A DNA stretch of 64,000 bases from Desulfosudaceae bacterium (lineage in GTDB: Bacteria > Desulfobacterota > Desulfobacteria > Desulfobacterales > Desulfosudaceae): assembly GCA_963674745.2 (NCBI GenBank), contig CAXXDV010000001.1:1344001-1408000 (forward strand), written 5' to 3'. The position numbers were made by a program, and so were the translations under genes. The notes beneath the pieces were generated by a model. It worked only from the letters and a program-made list of their open reading frames with translations, was not told where the DNA came from and made no database searches. Position 1 is the stretch's first letter, and each line of letters begins with the position of its first letter. Positions 29,470 through 38,863 of the stretch are shown piece by piece.

Positions 29470-31956
29470 ATGGCAATACAATCGGACAGTACCGTCGGCC
29501 TTAAAAAGGATTATATCTTCAGGTTTCGTTATGAAACACTTCGCTCTCTGTTGAATAAAAACGGGGGCGCGCTTCAAATCTTAAGTGACCTGGAAGCGGA
29601 TTTAAACCACATGCGACACTATGATAAACGGATCAAGCGGCCCATTCAGCGCCTGATTACAGAGTCTTTGCTCATGGCTCAGGAGTTAAACCTGATGAGC
29701 GGTGACCATTATACGGATCTTTATGATGTTATCTTTCAGCTTCGTGATAAAACCGACCGACTGTTCTCCGGGCAGCGGCCGGATGAAAAAAAGCCCCTGG
29801 TAATAAAGCTGGATGAAGGGCAGGACGCCGACCCGGTGCTGATCGGGGGTAAGGCGTCCGGGCTTCAGCGGCTCGGCCGTTATTTTCCGGAGCTGGTTCC
29901 ACCGGGTTTTGTGGTGACCACCGCTGCCTATCAACTTGTTCTGGAAGAGAACAACATTGATGACCGCATTCGAATTTTACTCAACAACCTGGATGTCACC
30001 GAAGACCAGTCTCAGTTTCAATCCCGAACCCGGACCATACGCGGCATGATCCGGGAAGCGGCGATCAGCGAAAACATTGAAACAGCCGTCAAAGAACAGG
30101 CCGATTTGCTGACGCAGCAGTTTCCCGACTGCCTGTGGGCCGTTCGGTCATCGGCCGTGTGCGAAGATGGTCCCCAGTCTTTTGCCGGACAGTTTGACAC
30201 CGAGCTTCAGGTTAAAGCCGAAGATCTTCTGACCGCCTATCGTCACGTGCTGGCCGGCCGGTTTACGGATCGGGCGGTGAAATACCGTTTTAACCATAAT
30301 TTAAGAGAAGTCGATACGCCCATGGCGGTTTTGTTTATACCCATGATACAACCGGTTTCGGCCGGTGTCATCTACACCTCCGGCACAAAAGAACCGGGGG
30401 CTGATCTCATGGAAATCAGTGCCGTGGCCGGACTGGCCAACCGTATGGTCAAAGGGGAAGAACCGGGGGATACGTTTTTCGTGACAAAAACCGGTACACC
30501 GCAAATCACGCGGATGATTACGGCTTCCGGTCAGGCCCGGAAGGACAGTACCGTGGCATATATCACCAACGATAAGATTCAGGAGCTGGCCGGAATTGCC
30601 GGTCTGGCAGTGCAGCAGTTCGGACATGAACTGGATATGGAATGGGCGGTGGACAAGGATGGAAAAATTTATCTGCTTCAGGCCAGACGGCTGAATGTTG
30701 TTTCCGCTGAAGACATTATGGTGAAGCTGGCCAAGGGGAAAGACGCCGTGCCGATAATAGAAGGGGGGGTTACCATTTTTCCGGGCCGGGCCGAAGGGCC
30801 GGTAAAATTTATCAAGCCGGATGACAGCCTGGCGGATGTGCCCGAGGGAGTGGTGGCCGTCATCGAACAGCCCCTGCCCGAAATGGCCACGATTTTGCCG
30901 AAAATTGCCGCCCTGCTGGTCATGGAAGGCAGCCCGGTGGGCCATCTGGCAACACTGGTGCGGGAGTTTGCCGTACCCTGTATTTTCCGGATTGGCAAAA
31001 ACGCCGCGCTTCTGTCCGGTAAACACATCGTCAGTGTGAATGCCACCAGGCGATGTGTTTATGATGGCGTTCGCTGGGCTGGAATCCGGGAACGTGTGCT
31101 TTCCCGGATCGCGGCCGGGAACCGGCACCAGAAAAAATCCGGTCCGCTTTATGATCTTGTGCTGGGCCTCAACCTTCTTGATCCGGATGCCTCATCATTC
31201 AAGGCCAGATCATGTCAATCCGTCCATGACACCTTGCGTTTTATGCATGAAATGTCGGTTCGGTCCATGTTCGGTTTCGGGGACAGCCAGAACCGCGGAT
31301 GGAGCAAAACCAGCAGTAAGCTGGAAACCGACCTGCCGTTGAAAGCACAGCTGATTGACCTGGATCAGTCGATTTCCGAAAAGACCAAAAAGGTCTCTCC
31401 GGGCGCTGTGGCCAGCGTCCCTTTTATGGCGCTTTGGCGGGGTATATCGGACACTCGCCTGGTCTGGCCGGAACGCTGGGAAAAAACCATGCGCGGCATG
31501 CCGTCAGATTTTACGGAAACGGTTTTAGGCGGCAACAGGGGGCCGAGGCGGCCTTCAGATAAAAATTATGCTATAATTGCCAAAGACTATATGAACTTAA
31601 ATGCCAGGTTTGCTTATCATTATGCCATGGTCGATGCCATGGTCGGTCCGGGTACGGAACATAATCATGTGCATTTCAGGTTCCGGGGCGGGGGAGGACA
31701 GGAAGACAACAAGCAGCGGCGGGCCCGGTTTCTGGAACGGGTTCTGCGCGAATCCGGGTTCGGCGTTGATCGAAGCGGAGACCTGGTTACGGCCTGGTTC
31801 AGGCGATATCCGCAGCAGGACTCTGAACGTGCGCTTGAGCTTCTCGGCCGGTTGATGGTCTGTGCCCAGCAGCTGGACGTGGTGCTGAAAACCGATGCGG
31901 CCGTAAAACTTTACGCGGAATATTTTCAAAGTGAACAGTATGGTATGTTCGGATAA
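29470..31956 (+). CDS. PEP synthase/PPDK-like protein (ATP-grasp plus phospho-His mobile domain)
   Basis: IGGKASGL, VPPGFVVT, AVRSSA..ED..SFAGQFDT, DMEWA, LLQARR, GSPVGHLATLVREF. Confidence 0.88.
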   Translation: MAIQSDSTVGLKKDYIFRFRYETLRSLLNKNGGALQILSDLEADLNHMRHYDKRIKRPIQRLITESLLMAQELNLMSGDHYTDLYDVIFQLRDKTDRLFSGQRPDEKKPLVIKLDEGQDADPVLIGGKASGLQRLGRYFPELVPPGFVVTTAAYQLVLEENNIDDRIRILLNNLDVTEDQSQFQSRTRTIRGMIREAAISENIETAVKEQADLLTQQFPDCLWAVRSSAVCEDGPQSFAGQFDTELQVKAEDLLTAYRHVLAGRFTDRAVKYRFNHNLREVDTPMAVLFIPMIQPVSAGVIYTSGTKEPGADLMEISAVAGLANRMVKGEEPGDTFFVTKTGTPQITRMITASGQARKDSTVAYITNDKIQELAGIAGLAVQQFGHELDMEWAVDKDGKIYLLQARRLNVVSAEDIMVKLAKGKDAVPIIEGGVTIFPGRAEGPVKFIKPDDSLADVPEGVVAVIEQPLPEMATILPKIAALLVMEGSPVGHLATLVREFAVPCIFRIGKNAALLSGKHIVSVNATRRCVYDGVRWAGIRERVLSRIAAGNRHQKKSGPLYDLVLGLNLLDPDASSFKARSCQSVHDTLRFMHEMSVRSMFGFGDSQNRGWSKTSSKLETDLPLKAQLIDLDQSISEKTKKVSPGAVASVPFMALWRGISDTRLVWPERWEKTMRGMPSDFTETVLGGNRGPRRPSDKNYAIIAKDYMNLNARFAYHYAMVDAMVGPGTEHNHVHFRFRGGGGQEDNKQRRARFLERVLRESGFGVDRSGDLVTAWFRRYPQQDSERALELLGRLMVCAQQLDVVLKTDAAVKLYAEYFQSEQYGMFG

Positions 31957-32044
31957 GTTTTGGTGTTATATATCACTTATGTTCAAGACGGGTGTTTTAC
32001 AAAAACAGGTTTTTTTCGCGCATAACCGTTATTAATAAACAAGG

Positions 32045-33565
32045 ATGTCCTTTCTGATGCGGCTTTTTAAGTTCGACAAACTGTTGAGCGACAGCTTTGC
32101 CGATGATCCGGAAAATATCCCCCTGCACAAACGCCCATCCATCAGTATCCGGGCCAAGCTGGCGGTTTCTTTCGCGCTTTTTTTCTTTTTATCGTTTACG
32201 GTTGCTGTCTGGTCTTACCTGATCCTGACTAAGTTCGAGAAAAAAATAGATTTTTTAGAAATTTCAGACAGTTACCTGGTGGAAATTCAGCAGGCGCGAA
32301 GGTTTGAAAAAAATTATCTCTTGTATGGAACCAACCTGGACGACGCCCTTTCGCATCTTGAAACAGCAGAAGGGATCCTGGACCACAATACCAAAAAGAT
32401 CCAGACCATTTTAGGCAAAGAGCATTTCAGTACCATGGTTTCGCTGATGTCGGCCTACCGCGAACAGCTGATCCTGCTGGGTAAAACCAATCATAAGGTG
32501 GCCAAGGAGTTGATAGAGCAGAACCTGCGCGGGTTCGGCGGCCAGATGGTCTCCTTTGCCGAAGAGTTTGTCGAAAAAGAGCAGCGATCCGCCGCCCGGA
32601 TGCTGCTGCTGGCCAAACGTGTCCCCATGTACTTCATGTTTGTTTTGTTTCTGTTAATGCTGTTCGTTGTCTATTTTTTAACCCGGCAGCTTCTGCTGAC
32701 CTTAAACCGGTTCATGGAATACACCCGCCGGATCGGCGAGGGGGATTTTTCACCGATCCAGCCGGCCCGTAAATACAAGGATGAGTTTACCAAACTGGCC
32801 GAAGCCTTTAATCACATGATTAAAGAGCTGGATTACCGGCATAAGGTGCTGCTGGAGTCCCACAAGCTCCGGGCCATCGGTACCCTGGTGGCGGGTGTGG
32901 CCCACGAACTCAACAATCCGCTGAACAACACCATGTTGACGGCATCCATGCTGCTTGAAGATCTGGAGACGCTTTCCGATGAAGAAAAAACAGAGATGAT
33001 CAATGACGTCATCAGTGAAACCGAAAGGGCCCGGAGTGTTGTGAAAAACCTGCTGGATTTTGCCCGGGAAGGCGAAACCCGGCTACGACCGCTGGAAATT
33101 GACAAACTTGTCGAGGATTCGGCGCGCCTGGTGGCCAACCAGGTCCGGTTCGCCAAGGTGTCGCTGTCGGTGTCAACCGAGTCCAACCTGCCTTCTGTTC
33201 ATGCCGACGAACAGAAGCTCAAACAGGTGTTTGTCAATTTGATATTAAATGCCGTGGACGTACTGCCGCCGGGTGGAGAAATCAACGTTAATGTTAAAAA
33301 AGATCAGGCGCCCGGTTATGTCCAGGTCACGGTTCAGGATAACGGTCCGGGTATTCCCGAACACATCCAGGGCCGGATTTTCGAGCCCTTTTTTTCGACC
33401 AAAGGGCATAAGGGCACCGGCCTGGGGCTGTCGGTTTCCCGGGGAATCATCAAAAAACTGGGGGGCTATATTTATATAACGAGCAGTCCCGACGAAGGCA
33501 CGACCTTCACGGTTTCGTTGCCCGCAACCGATTCACCAGCGGAAATCATGTCCAAAACCTCATGA
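32045..33565 (+). CDS. Membrane sensor histidine kinase (HAMP, HisKA, HATPase)
   Basis: Two TM segments, GVAHELNNPL, QVFVNLILNA, DNGPGI, GTGLGL. Confidence 0.96.
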   Translation: MSFLMRLFKFDKLLSDSFADDPENIPLHKRPSISIRAKLAVSFALFFFLSFTVAVWSYLILTKFEKKIDFLEISDSYLVEIQQARRFEKNYLLYGTNLDDALSHLETAEGILDHNTKKIQTILGKEHFSTMVSLMSAYREQLILLGKTNHKVAKELIEQNLRGFGGQMVSFAEEFVEKEQRSAARMLLLAKRVPMYFMFVLFLLMLFVVYFLTRQLLLTLNRFMEYTRRIGEGDFSPIQPARKYKDEFTKLAEAFNHMIKELDYRHKVLLESHKLRAIGTLVAGVAHELNNPLNNTMLTASMLLEDLETLSDEEKTEMINDVISETERARSVVKNLLDFAREGETRLRPLEIDKLVEDSARLVANQVRFAKVSLSVSTESNLPSVHADEQKLKQVFVNLILNAVDVLPPGGEINVNVKKDQAPGYVQVTVQDNGPGIPEHIQGRIFEPFFSTKGHKGTGLGLSVSRGIIKKLGGYIYITSSPDEGTTFTVSLPATDSPAEIMSKTS

Positions 33566-33614
33566 CACGGTTTTGACAAGCCCCTACCTGATTGCAGGCC
33601 ATATGAATGTGGAC

Positions 33615-33759
33615 GTAGGGGCAACCCCCTGTGGTTGCCCTATTACCGGTCAGGCACGGGGGCCTGCCCCTACATTGTTCATGAACGCCCTCCACGACCT
33701 GTAGGGGCAACCCCCTGTGGTTGCCCTTCCACCGGGGCGGCCACAGGGGGCCGCCCTAC
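33615..33759. repeat. GTAG-type REP elements arranged as two inverted doublets
   Basis: GTAGGGGCAACCCCCTGTGGTTGCCCT occurs at 33615 and 33701. Each is followed by an inverted partner ending in CCCTAC (33673, 33759). Confidence 0.8.
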
Positions 33760-33823
33760 AACATACGCGAGCCGCCGGCGACATAACAAAAGAGTAAAAA
33801 TCAATTCGTGAAATATCCGGTCT

Positions 33824-33879
33824 AAACAGACAGAAAAAGGCGCCGTTTCACCACCGGCGCCTTTTTCTGTCTTTGTTTT
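33824..33879. terminator. Bidirectional rho-independent terminator
   Basis: agacagaaaaaggcgcc...ggcgcctttttctgtct hairpin with A/T tracts, between convergent genes. Confidence 0.8.
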
Positions 33880-33900
33880 ATTATGCGTTACAAGCTTTTT

Positions 33901-34626
33901 TTAATAAGCATAAGCGATGCTGATGCCGCCAAACACGTCTGTGTCAACCAGGTCTTCGAGCAGCACGTCATCATCCAGGGTGTCGACATAAGTAATGCTG
34001 GCACCCAGGCTTAACGCATCGGTAACCGCGTATGAAAGACCCAGTGAGCAGGACAGGTCGAACAAACCGCCGTCGGTTCCGCCATATGCTTCGGCAAAGT
34101 CTTTATCAGCGTAACCGGCCGCGGCGGAAATTTCCATGCCCAGGCAGTCGCTCAGGTCAATGCCGTAAGAGAGGTAAACATTGCCGTATAAGCCCTCAAC
34201 CTCGTCAAAATCATAGTAAGCGGTGGCGCCACAGGCCAGGCCGCCGGCAATAGGGACACCGAAATCAAGATAAACTTCACGGGTACCGGCGCCTCCTGCG
34301 GGAAAGAGGTATTCGATATATCCGATACCGATTGAGACCGGTTCAAGGTCGAAGCCATAGGAAAGGGTCAGGTCGACCTCGGAAAACTCCCTGTCATCAA
34401 GGGTGTCGTCATAGTCGTCAATATCATAGTTGGTCCAGACATTAATGCCGAAACCGCCTTTGGCCACATCAATGCTGGGCTGGGCCACCAGGCCGTCATT
34501 AAAGGTAATACCCCTCCAGACATAAGCCGAGTTTACATCAACCGCTGCCGTGGCGTCAGCCGCCACTGCCGAACCGCCGGCCATTAAAACCAGAACCAGT
34601 GCCAGACCGCAAATTAATTTTTTCAT
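33901..34626 (-). CDS. Outer membrane beta-barrel protein (TorF/Gcw_chp-like putative porin)
   Basis: Signal peptide, SAYVWRG, QPSID, EVDLTLSY, GYIEYLFP, terminal aromatic residue (ISIAYAY). Confidence 0.8.
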   Translation of the reverse strand: MKKLICGLALVLVLMAGGSAVAADATAAVDVNSAYVWRGITFNDGLVAQPSIDVAKGGFGINVWTNYDIDDYDDTLDDREFSEVDLTLSYGFDLEPVSIGIGYIEYLFPAGGAGTREVYLDFGVPIAGGLACGATAYYDFDEVEGLYGNVYLSYGIDLSDCLGMEISAAAGYADKDFAEAYGGTDGGLFDLSCSLGLSYAVTDALSLGASITYVDTLDDDVLLEDLVDTDVFGGISIAYAY

Positions 34627-34763
34627 GATGTTTCATCCTCCTGAGAATAATTTATGATTTTGAATGCCGTACCTTCTAAACTGTTTAGACGCACGCCTGT
34701 TTTTAGCCGTTCAAATTTGTTCTCCATGCGTTAATTCCTCATCCAATGTTTTCTGATAAATAA

Positions 34764-34780
34764 AGCAGGTTGCGTGCCAA
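34764..34780 (-). promoter_or_regulatory. Sigma54 (-24/-12) promoter for the barrel gene
   Basis: Reverse strand reads TTGGCACGCAACCTGCT, giving GG-N10-GC. Confidence 0.78.
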
Positions 34781-34874
34781 ACATGAAAAAAAGCGATTGT
34801 GTTCTTTTATCTCCTTTTGTTTCGGGCCCTTATGGCCTTCGGTGGCGAATGGGTCCGGGCACTTTCGAAAAACA

Positions 34875-34925
34875 AATAAATACAATTTTGTTGTTGGCGT
34901 GTTTAATAAATACAATTTTGTTGTT
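34875..34925. repeat. Perfect 21-bp direct repeat (two copies, 30-bp period), candidate enhancer sites
   Basis: AATAAATACAATTTTGTTGTT at 34875 and 34905, each containing ACAA-tt-TTGT. Confidence 0.75.
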
Positions 34926-35157
34926 ATGGCCGTGCTTTTCTAAAAAGCCAGGGGGGCAGCATCAGCGCCTTTGTGGCTGGTGCCGCTGTTGCTATTGGTG
35001 TTATTTGTAAAACATTTGTCATTTCAGGCCTTTTCATTGACACTTCGCTGCGGTTTTCATAGCTTCAAGCACTTGTAGCAGCCAGCAAAAACCGAATTGA
35101 TGCCTGATAACAGTCCCAAACAACCGGACGTCCCGGGAACCGGAAAAGGAGATTAAT

Positions 35158-37212
35158 ATGAAAAAACCACGCATGTTGCTGCTTGGCATGCCCGGAGCCG
35201 ATTCCAGCTTTTACGAAATGAACATTGCGCAACTTCCCCAGGGGCCTCGGCTCCATTTCATGGAATGGTTGTTCAACGCCCTGGACATGTCATCCACCAA
35301 CCGTCGCAGAATACGCATGGCGTTGAAGCTTGAAAACATATTCAATCCTTCACGTCAGACACCTTACATGGGCATGCGGCTGATCGAGTACAATCTCCGA
35401 GACGATTTGGATATTTCCCTGGTTGAGTATCCGAAAAGCGACCGCTGGATCGTGAATCATTTAAAAAAGAACCCGGATATTTCCATAGTGGGCATCGGCA
35501 TCGGCTGCGAGAACCGGGTCTATCATGCCAAAAAACTGTGCGCCGGGATCCGCCGGCAAAGACCGGATATCAAAATTATTCTGGGCAGCTACGGCGCATC
35601 GTCGGGCAAGAAGCTGGGCGTTCTGACACCTCAGGACGGTACTGTTTTGTGGGATTCGGAAGAAGAGCGGGAGGCCAAGAAGAAGCAGGGCCGGGATTTT
35701 TACAAGGGAGAAGGGGTACACGATATCCGCCTGTGGCTTCGCGACGAAGCCGGTATCGATGCCGGTGACCCAAACCTGCCGCTGGTTTCTGAAGCGATTC
35801 CCGATTCGGGCAGCACCTCGTCAAGTGGCTGGAAACAACGGCTCAAGGGGGCACTGGGTTTTGTGACCATGCCCAAGGACTCCCACAAACTGGTCAGCGC
35901 CATCGGGTGTTCCAATAAATGCGGATTCTGCAACACCAGCAAGATGTTCAACCGTGAAAAGACCTATCTGTATCAGAATGCGGCCAGAATTTTTGAGCCC
36001 ATGGAGACCGTGTACGACAGAAACGCGGCCCGATCCGACTATCCGCCGGAAGCCACATTTTTTCTGATGGATGAAAATTTTATGAAAGATGAAAAGGTGA
36101 TGTCGGCCGGCGGCATGATCAATTTCCTGGATACGGCCAAAGAGCTTTGCGGTTATATCGAACAGTCAGGGAAAAATATCCACTTCGGTACTTTTTCCGA
36201 TATCAAGAGCCTCGTTAACGTCAGGGAAAAAGACGGTGATTTTAAATCGCTGGTGCGCGGCGGCTTGACCTCGATCTGGATCGGTATTGAATCCCGGGGG
36301 GATGTGTTTGACAAACGCGGCGATGCTACTCCGGAGACAGTAAAAAGCATTGTCGATGAACTGCAGCGCCTGGGCGTTGTTGTCATTGGTTCGTTTATCC
36401 CGGGCCTGTACTATCATACCGAAGGCGATACCCGTATCTTTGATGATGAAGTTCGGGTGAAGGAAGAGATCAGAAGTTCTGGTGATCTCACGCCCGACCA
36501 GGTTGACGCCCGGTTTGCCGAGTTGAAGAAAATGCGGGAAAAAAACGGAAAATTTGACCGGCTCAATATCTGGGAGGATTTTGAGTGGTGGAAGAGCCTG
36601 CGCACCGGCGCCCGCCAGGTAATGTCCCACAGCATCACCGGAATCGTGGGAAAACACACGCACATGTTCCGGTTCTCAGACTATCAGTTCGGTCATAAGT
36701 TTATTCCCGGTTACAATGAGTCTCAGATAGACGGTCGGCGGCTGGAAGAGATTGACGAAACCATGCGGGAAGGGTTTTACCGCGAAAACGGCCCGGTGGC
36801 CCTGTCTTCTCTGCTGGTCATGTGGCAGGGATTCATGAACCTGAAGGATTCGGACAATGACGCCGAGGTCCGGGCCGCGACGTTCAACTACTGGATGGTG
36901 CGGCGCAACATTCAGCGCGTCATGCTGGCCTCGTTTGTGTTCAATGACCGGATTTTCACCACCTGTTCAGATACGTTTTTAAACCGCCTGGCAAGAATGT
37001 TTCATGAAGTGGGCCTGTACACGCCGCCTGACACGGCCATCCACCGCAAGTACCTGGCGGTTTTTAATATGTATGACAAAATGAACAGCCCCCGTTCCAA
37101 GGCGATTGCCCGCAAGATGGCGGCCGCTTTTATCCGGCGCCACGGAATTGAAGAACGGCGACAGGAGGTCTCCGAAGATCGACCCAAAGCTGTGATTTCT
37201 TCCGCCGCGTGA
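35158..37212 (+). CDS. B12-binding-domain-type radical SAM protein
   Basis: N-terminal Rossmann-like part (PDISIVGIG, PDIKIILG, GEG), GCSNKCGFC, FLMDENF, IWIGIES, GSFIPG. Confidence 0.82.
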   Translation: MKKPRMLLLGMPGADSSFYEMNIAQLPQGPRLHFMEWLFNALDMSSTNRRRIRMALKLENIFNPSRQTPYMGMRLIEYNLRDDLDISLVEYPKSDRWIVNHLKKNPDISIVGIGIGCENRVYHAKKLCAGIRRQRPDIKIILGSYGASSGKKLGVLTPQDGTVLWDSEEEREAKKKQGRDFYKGEGVHDIRLWLRDEAGIDAGDPNLPLVSEAIPDSGSTSSSGWKQRLKGALGFVTMPKDSHKLVSAIGCSNKCGFCNTSKMFNREKTYLYQNAARIFEPMETVYDRNAARSDYPPEATFFLMDENFMKDEKVMSAGGMINFLDTAKELCGYIEQSGKNIHFGTFSDIKSLVNVREKDGDFKSLVRGGLTSIWIGIESRGDVFDKRGDATPETVKSIVDELQRLGVVVIGSFIPGLYYHTEGDTRIFDDEVRVKEEIRSSGDLTPDQVDARFAELKKMREKNGKFDRLNIWEDFEWWKSLRTGARQVMSHSITGIVGKHTHMFRFSDYQFGHKFIPGYNESQIDGRRLEEIDETMREGFYRENGPVALSSLLVMWQGFMNLKDSDNDAEVRAATFNYWMVRRNIQRVMLASFVFNDRIFTTCSDTFLNRLARMFHEVGLYTPPDTAIHRKYLAVFNMYDKMNSPRSKAIARKMAAAFIRRHGIEERRQEVSEDRPKAVISSAA

Positions 37213-37336
37213 TGCTTTGAAGGCGGGATTGAAACTTGATACACTTTTAAATAGTCGAAATTTGGATGGCAAAGTAAAAAGCCCAAGATCAAGGCGCGCA
37301 AGTCCTGAGGAATGCAGCGTAATGTTCTGAAAGCGG

Positions 37337-37459
37337 CCCTGATTTCAAATCAAAGATGATCTCAAGGCGGCCAGGAGGAGGCGACGCAGGCGTATATCTA
37401 ATACGCCGAGGAGCCGATGAAGCAGCTAACGCAGAGAGCGCTTTGATTTGGAATCAGGG
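37337..37459. mobile_element. MITE-like 123-bp element with 19-bp terminal inverted repeats
   Basis: CCCTGATTTCAAATCAAAG ... CTTTGATTTGGAATCAGGG (18/19 match); internal hairpin GGCGTAT-atcta-ATACGCC. Confidence 0.6.
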
Positions 37460-38674
37460 TCAGAATTTGTCGTAGGCAATCATTTCAGGCTCCACCCCCA
37501 GATCGTCGAGCATTTTTTCAATGGAGGAGATCATGGGCGGCGGTCCGCAGAGGTAAAATTCGATTTCCGTTGGATCTTCGTGACTTTTTAGATATTCTTC
37601 ATAGAGGCACTGGTGAATATAACCGGTCAGCCCCTGCCAGTTGTCTTCGGGCTGGGGATCAGACAGGGCCACATGATAGGTAAAGTTTTCGTATTTTTCG
37701 GCCAGTTCGCGGAATTCGTCATCATAAAACATCTCCTGCCATGACCGGGCGCCATACCAGAAAGAGATTTTTCTGTTTGTGTTTAATCCGTTCAGCTGGT
37801 GCAGAATATGGGATCGCATGGGTGCCATGCCGGCACCACCGCCCACGAAACACATTTCGCGATCACTCTCTTCAGCGATAAAATCACCGTAAGGACCGCT
37901 GAGGGTGATTTTATCGCCGGGCTTTAAGTTAAAGACAAATGAAGAACCCAGGCCGGGGGGGATGCCGTCTTTTCCGGGGGGCGGTGTGGCAATACGAACC
38001 GTAAACCGCAGCTGCTTTTCATAGGGCGGGTTGGCCAGGGAATAGGCCCGGAAAATCGGCTCGTCCGCGACCACGCAAAGGTCCAGAAAGTTAAATTGTT
38101 CCCAGGTCGACAGGTAACGGTCGGCCACATCAAAGCTGGTATAGCAGACGTCGTATTCAGGCACATCGATCTGCATGTACTGACCGGCTTTAAAATTAAC
38201 CGTTTCGTTATTATCCAGCGCTACCACCAGTTCCTTGATAAAGGTGGAAACGTTTTTGTTGGATACGACAGTGCCGAGATATTTTTTAATGCTGAAAATA
38301 TATTCGGGGATATGAATGCTCATATCCTCCCTGACTTTCAGCTGGCAGGCCAGACGGATATTGTCCAGTTTTTCCTGGCGGGTCAGATGGTTCAGTTCCG
38401 TGGGCTGAATGTCGCCGCCGCCCGAAGCCACCCGACACCGGCACTGTCCGCAGGAGCCGCCGCCGCCGCAGGCGGACGGCAGGTAAATCTTGTTTTCCGA
38501 AAGGGCCGACAGCAATGTCGAGCTCAGCGGTGCCTCGATGGCCCGGTCCGGATCATCGTTGATAACGATCCGGGCACTGCCTTTGGGCGTGACCTTGGCT
38601 TCCAGAAGCAGCAGAAATACCACCAGAGAGAGAATAACGGCTGCAAAAACGCTGAAGCTGGCAATGTAAATCAA
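37460..38674 (-). CDS. nqrF: Na+-translocating NADH:quinone reductase subunit F
   Basis: SACGGGGSCGQC, RLACQ, RAYSLAN, GPYG, GGGAGMAPMRSH, FYLCGPP. Confidence 0.96.
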   Translation of the reverse strand: MIYIASFSVFAAVILSLVVFLLLLEAKVTPKGSARIVINDDPDRAIEAPLSSTLLSALSENKIYLPSACGGGGSCGQCRCRVASGGGDIQPTELNHLTRQEKLDNIRLACQLKVREDMSIHIPEYIFSIKKYLGTVVSNKNVSTFIKELVVALDNNETVNFKAGQYMQIDVPEYDVCYTSFDVADRYLSTWEQFNFLDLCVVADEPIFRAYSLANPPYEKQLRFTVRIATPPPGKDGIPPGLGSSFVFNLKPGDKITLSGPYGDFIAEESDREMCFVGGGAGMAPMRSHILHQLNGLNTNRKISFWYGARSWQEMFYDDEFRELAEKYENFTYHVALSDPQPEDNWQGLTGYIHQCLYEEYLKSHEDPTEIEFYLCGPPPMISSIEKMLDDLGVEPEMIAYDKF

Positions 38675-38781
38675 AACGTTTAACCCTTTTAATCAGCCAT
38701 AACGGATTGTTACGTTGTTTACGCGTTTCAAGGGGGGCTCAAACTGTCCACCTGAGCCACCTAAAACCCTTACCCCCCGAC

Positions 38782-38813
38782 CCACATAATCACTTAACCA
38801 CATAATCACCTGA
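38782..38813. repeat. Degenerate 8-bp tandem repeat in the nqrE-nqrF spacer
   Basis: ccacataa-tcacttaa-ccacataa-tcacctga. Confidence 0.55.
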
Positions 38814-38863
38814 ACTTCCAGGTGGACGGTTACCTGTCCGTCTGGTCTCGGGCTGTGCCCGGG

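Noticed and set aside
29470..31956. Naming the gene ppsA
   Set aside because: The C-terminal pyruvate-binding barrel is not recognisable.
33615..33759. 27-bp repeats as CRISPR
   Set aside because: GTAG-headed palindromes with inverted partners fit REP elements; only two direct copies.
34875..34925. Direct repeat as a mini CRISPR array
   Set aside because: Only two 21-bp copies with a 9-bp spacer and no cas genes.
34774..35010. 78-aa plus-strand ORF with a repeated peptide
   Set aside because: It is a translation of the promoter and direct-repeat region.
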